A stretch of DNA of 63,226 nt, counting the filler, from Nemertoderma westbladi (lineage: Eukaryota > Animalia > Xenacoelomorpha), in the NCBI GenBank assembly GCA_032718475.1. It is 4 parts of 4 records of this genome, joined end to end, with 100 filler letters (N's around TTAATTAATTAA, not from the genome) between each part and the next. Parts side by side here need not be neighbours in the genome. Positions count along the whole stretch, not along the records: positions 58,802 to 63,226 come from JAUCBJ010008672.1; 3 more parts are not named here. One strand, given 5' to 3'. The translations under genes were made by a program, and so were the position numbers. Below, in pieces: positions 62,512 through 63,226 of the stretch. Every line of letters begins with the position of its first letter. The first letter of the stretch is position 1. Under the pieces are notes generated by a model. That model was given only the letters and a program-made list of their open reading frames with translations. It searched no databases and was not told where the DNA came from.

Positions 62512-62726
62512 CAGACAGTGGGGGGAGACACAGTCTGGTGCCTGTGGGAATGTCAGACAGGGTGGGGAGACCACAGTCTGGTGGCTGTGGGAATGTCAGA
62601 CAGTGTGGGGAGACACAGTCTGGTGGCTGTGGGAGTGTCAGACAGTGTGGGGAGACACAGTCTGGTGGCTGTGGGAATGTCAGACAGTGTGGGGAGACAC
62701 AGTCTGGTGGCTGTGGGAATGTCAGG
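62512..62726 (+). repeat. 42-bp minisatellite, ~5 copies
   Basis: CAGACAGTGTGGGGAGACACAGTCTGGTGGCTGTGGGAATGT repeated directly, no spacers. Confidence 0.92.
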
Positions 62727-62942
62727 GGTATTCCTAGAGGGCACATAAAGCTCAATACTACGGGTAGGGTTAGCTACAGAGGCTATAATAAGGACGAGCT
62801 ATGGGAGTAGGAGGGGGGGGGGGGGGGGGGGCTTCACTTTTAGTTGTCGGCTTATTCGAATTAAACATATACTGTAAATAAATAATTGCAAATTAGACTG
62901 TATAATGTTCATCTGTTTGGCAATCCATTAAATCGGATATAT

Positions 62943-63226
62943 TTACATTGTTAATATGTCGACATCCATGGGGTTCATACCTAAAATGGCCGACACGGTT
63001 CCTAGAAGTTCCTGAGTCCATCTTGCGCCTAACCCATTGAGTTCACAACCAAGAGTCTCAAATCTTTGGAAGAGACCATTCTGTGTTTCTGGGATGTATT
63101 TGTTTAATAGATTAACTTGTTGGTCTATTATTCTCTCCCAAATTTGCCTTAAACTATCCATATGTCTTTGTCTGACATTTTCATTTGAGAGTGCAAGACT
63201 CTGCTCTACAAGCCCTATCAACTTCT
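62943..63226 (-). CDS. Possible 3' end of an unidentified coding sequence entering from beyond the window
   Basis: Open frame of 92+ codons with helical, protein-like composition; no motif recognised. Confidence 0.3.
   Translation of the reverse strand, partial: KLIGLVEQSLALSNENVRQRHMDSLRQIWERIIDQQVNLLNKYIPETQNGLFQRFETLGCELNGLGARWTQELLGTVSAILGMNPMDVDILTM

Noticed and set aside
62362-62810. Overlapping repeat ORFs in several frames
   Set aside because: Products of a stop-poor 42-bp minisatellite

Overview
AT-rich, repeat-dense animal (invertebrate-like) genomic DNA made of four contigs joined by artificial 100-nt linkers (N44-TTAATTAATTAA-N44 at 19622, 46141 and 58702), so adjacency across the linkers is not evidence of synteny. 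Supported genes: a 3-exon secreted 173-aa protein with three DUF5648-like HFYTT/GYxxEG repeats (not recovered intact by the ORF track); two intronless PH+RhoGAP paralogs (ARHGAP21/23-like) sharing a 222-bp near-identical tract; an intronless ACAD11-like gene; the first exon of XPR1 with a one-base frameshift; and an intronless pICln (CLNS1A). The rest is layered mobile DNA: a decayed Gypsy pol split by a Helentron/DINE-like non-autonomous element that sits at ACA sites and has inserted into itself, an AcademX DNA transposon, a Penelope fragment inside a foldback element carrying tRNA-like genes, a TIR element holding an alpha-tubulin 3' end, RTE-like LINE fragments, tRNA-derived SINEs, and several satellites. 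Scattered minus-strand exon remnants suggest a dead multi-C-type-lectin gene (low confidence). No CRISPR, rRNA or convincingly functional tRNA was seen. All family calls come from motif recognition by eye; no searches were run.
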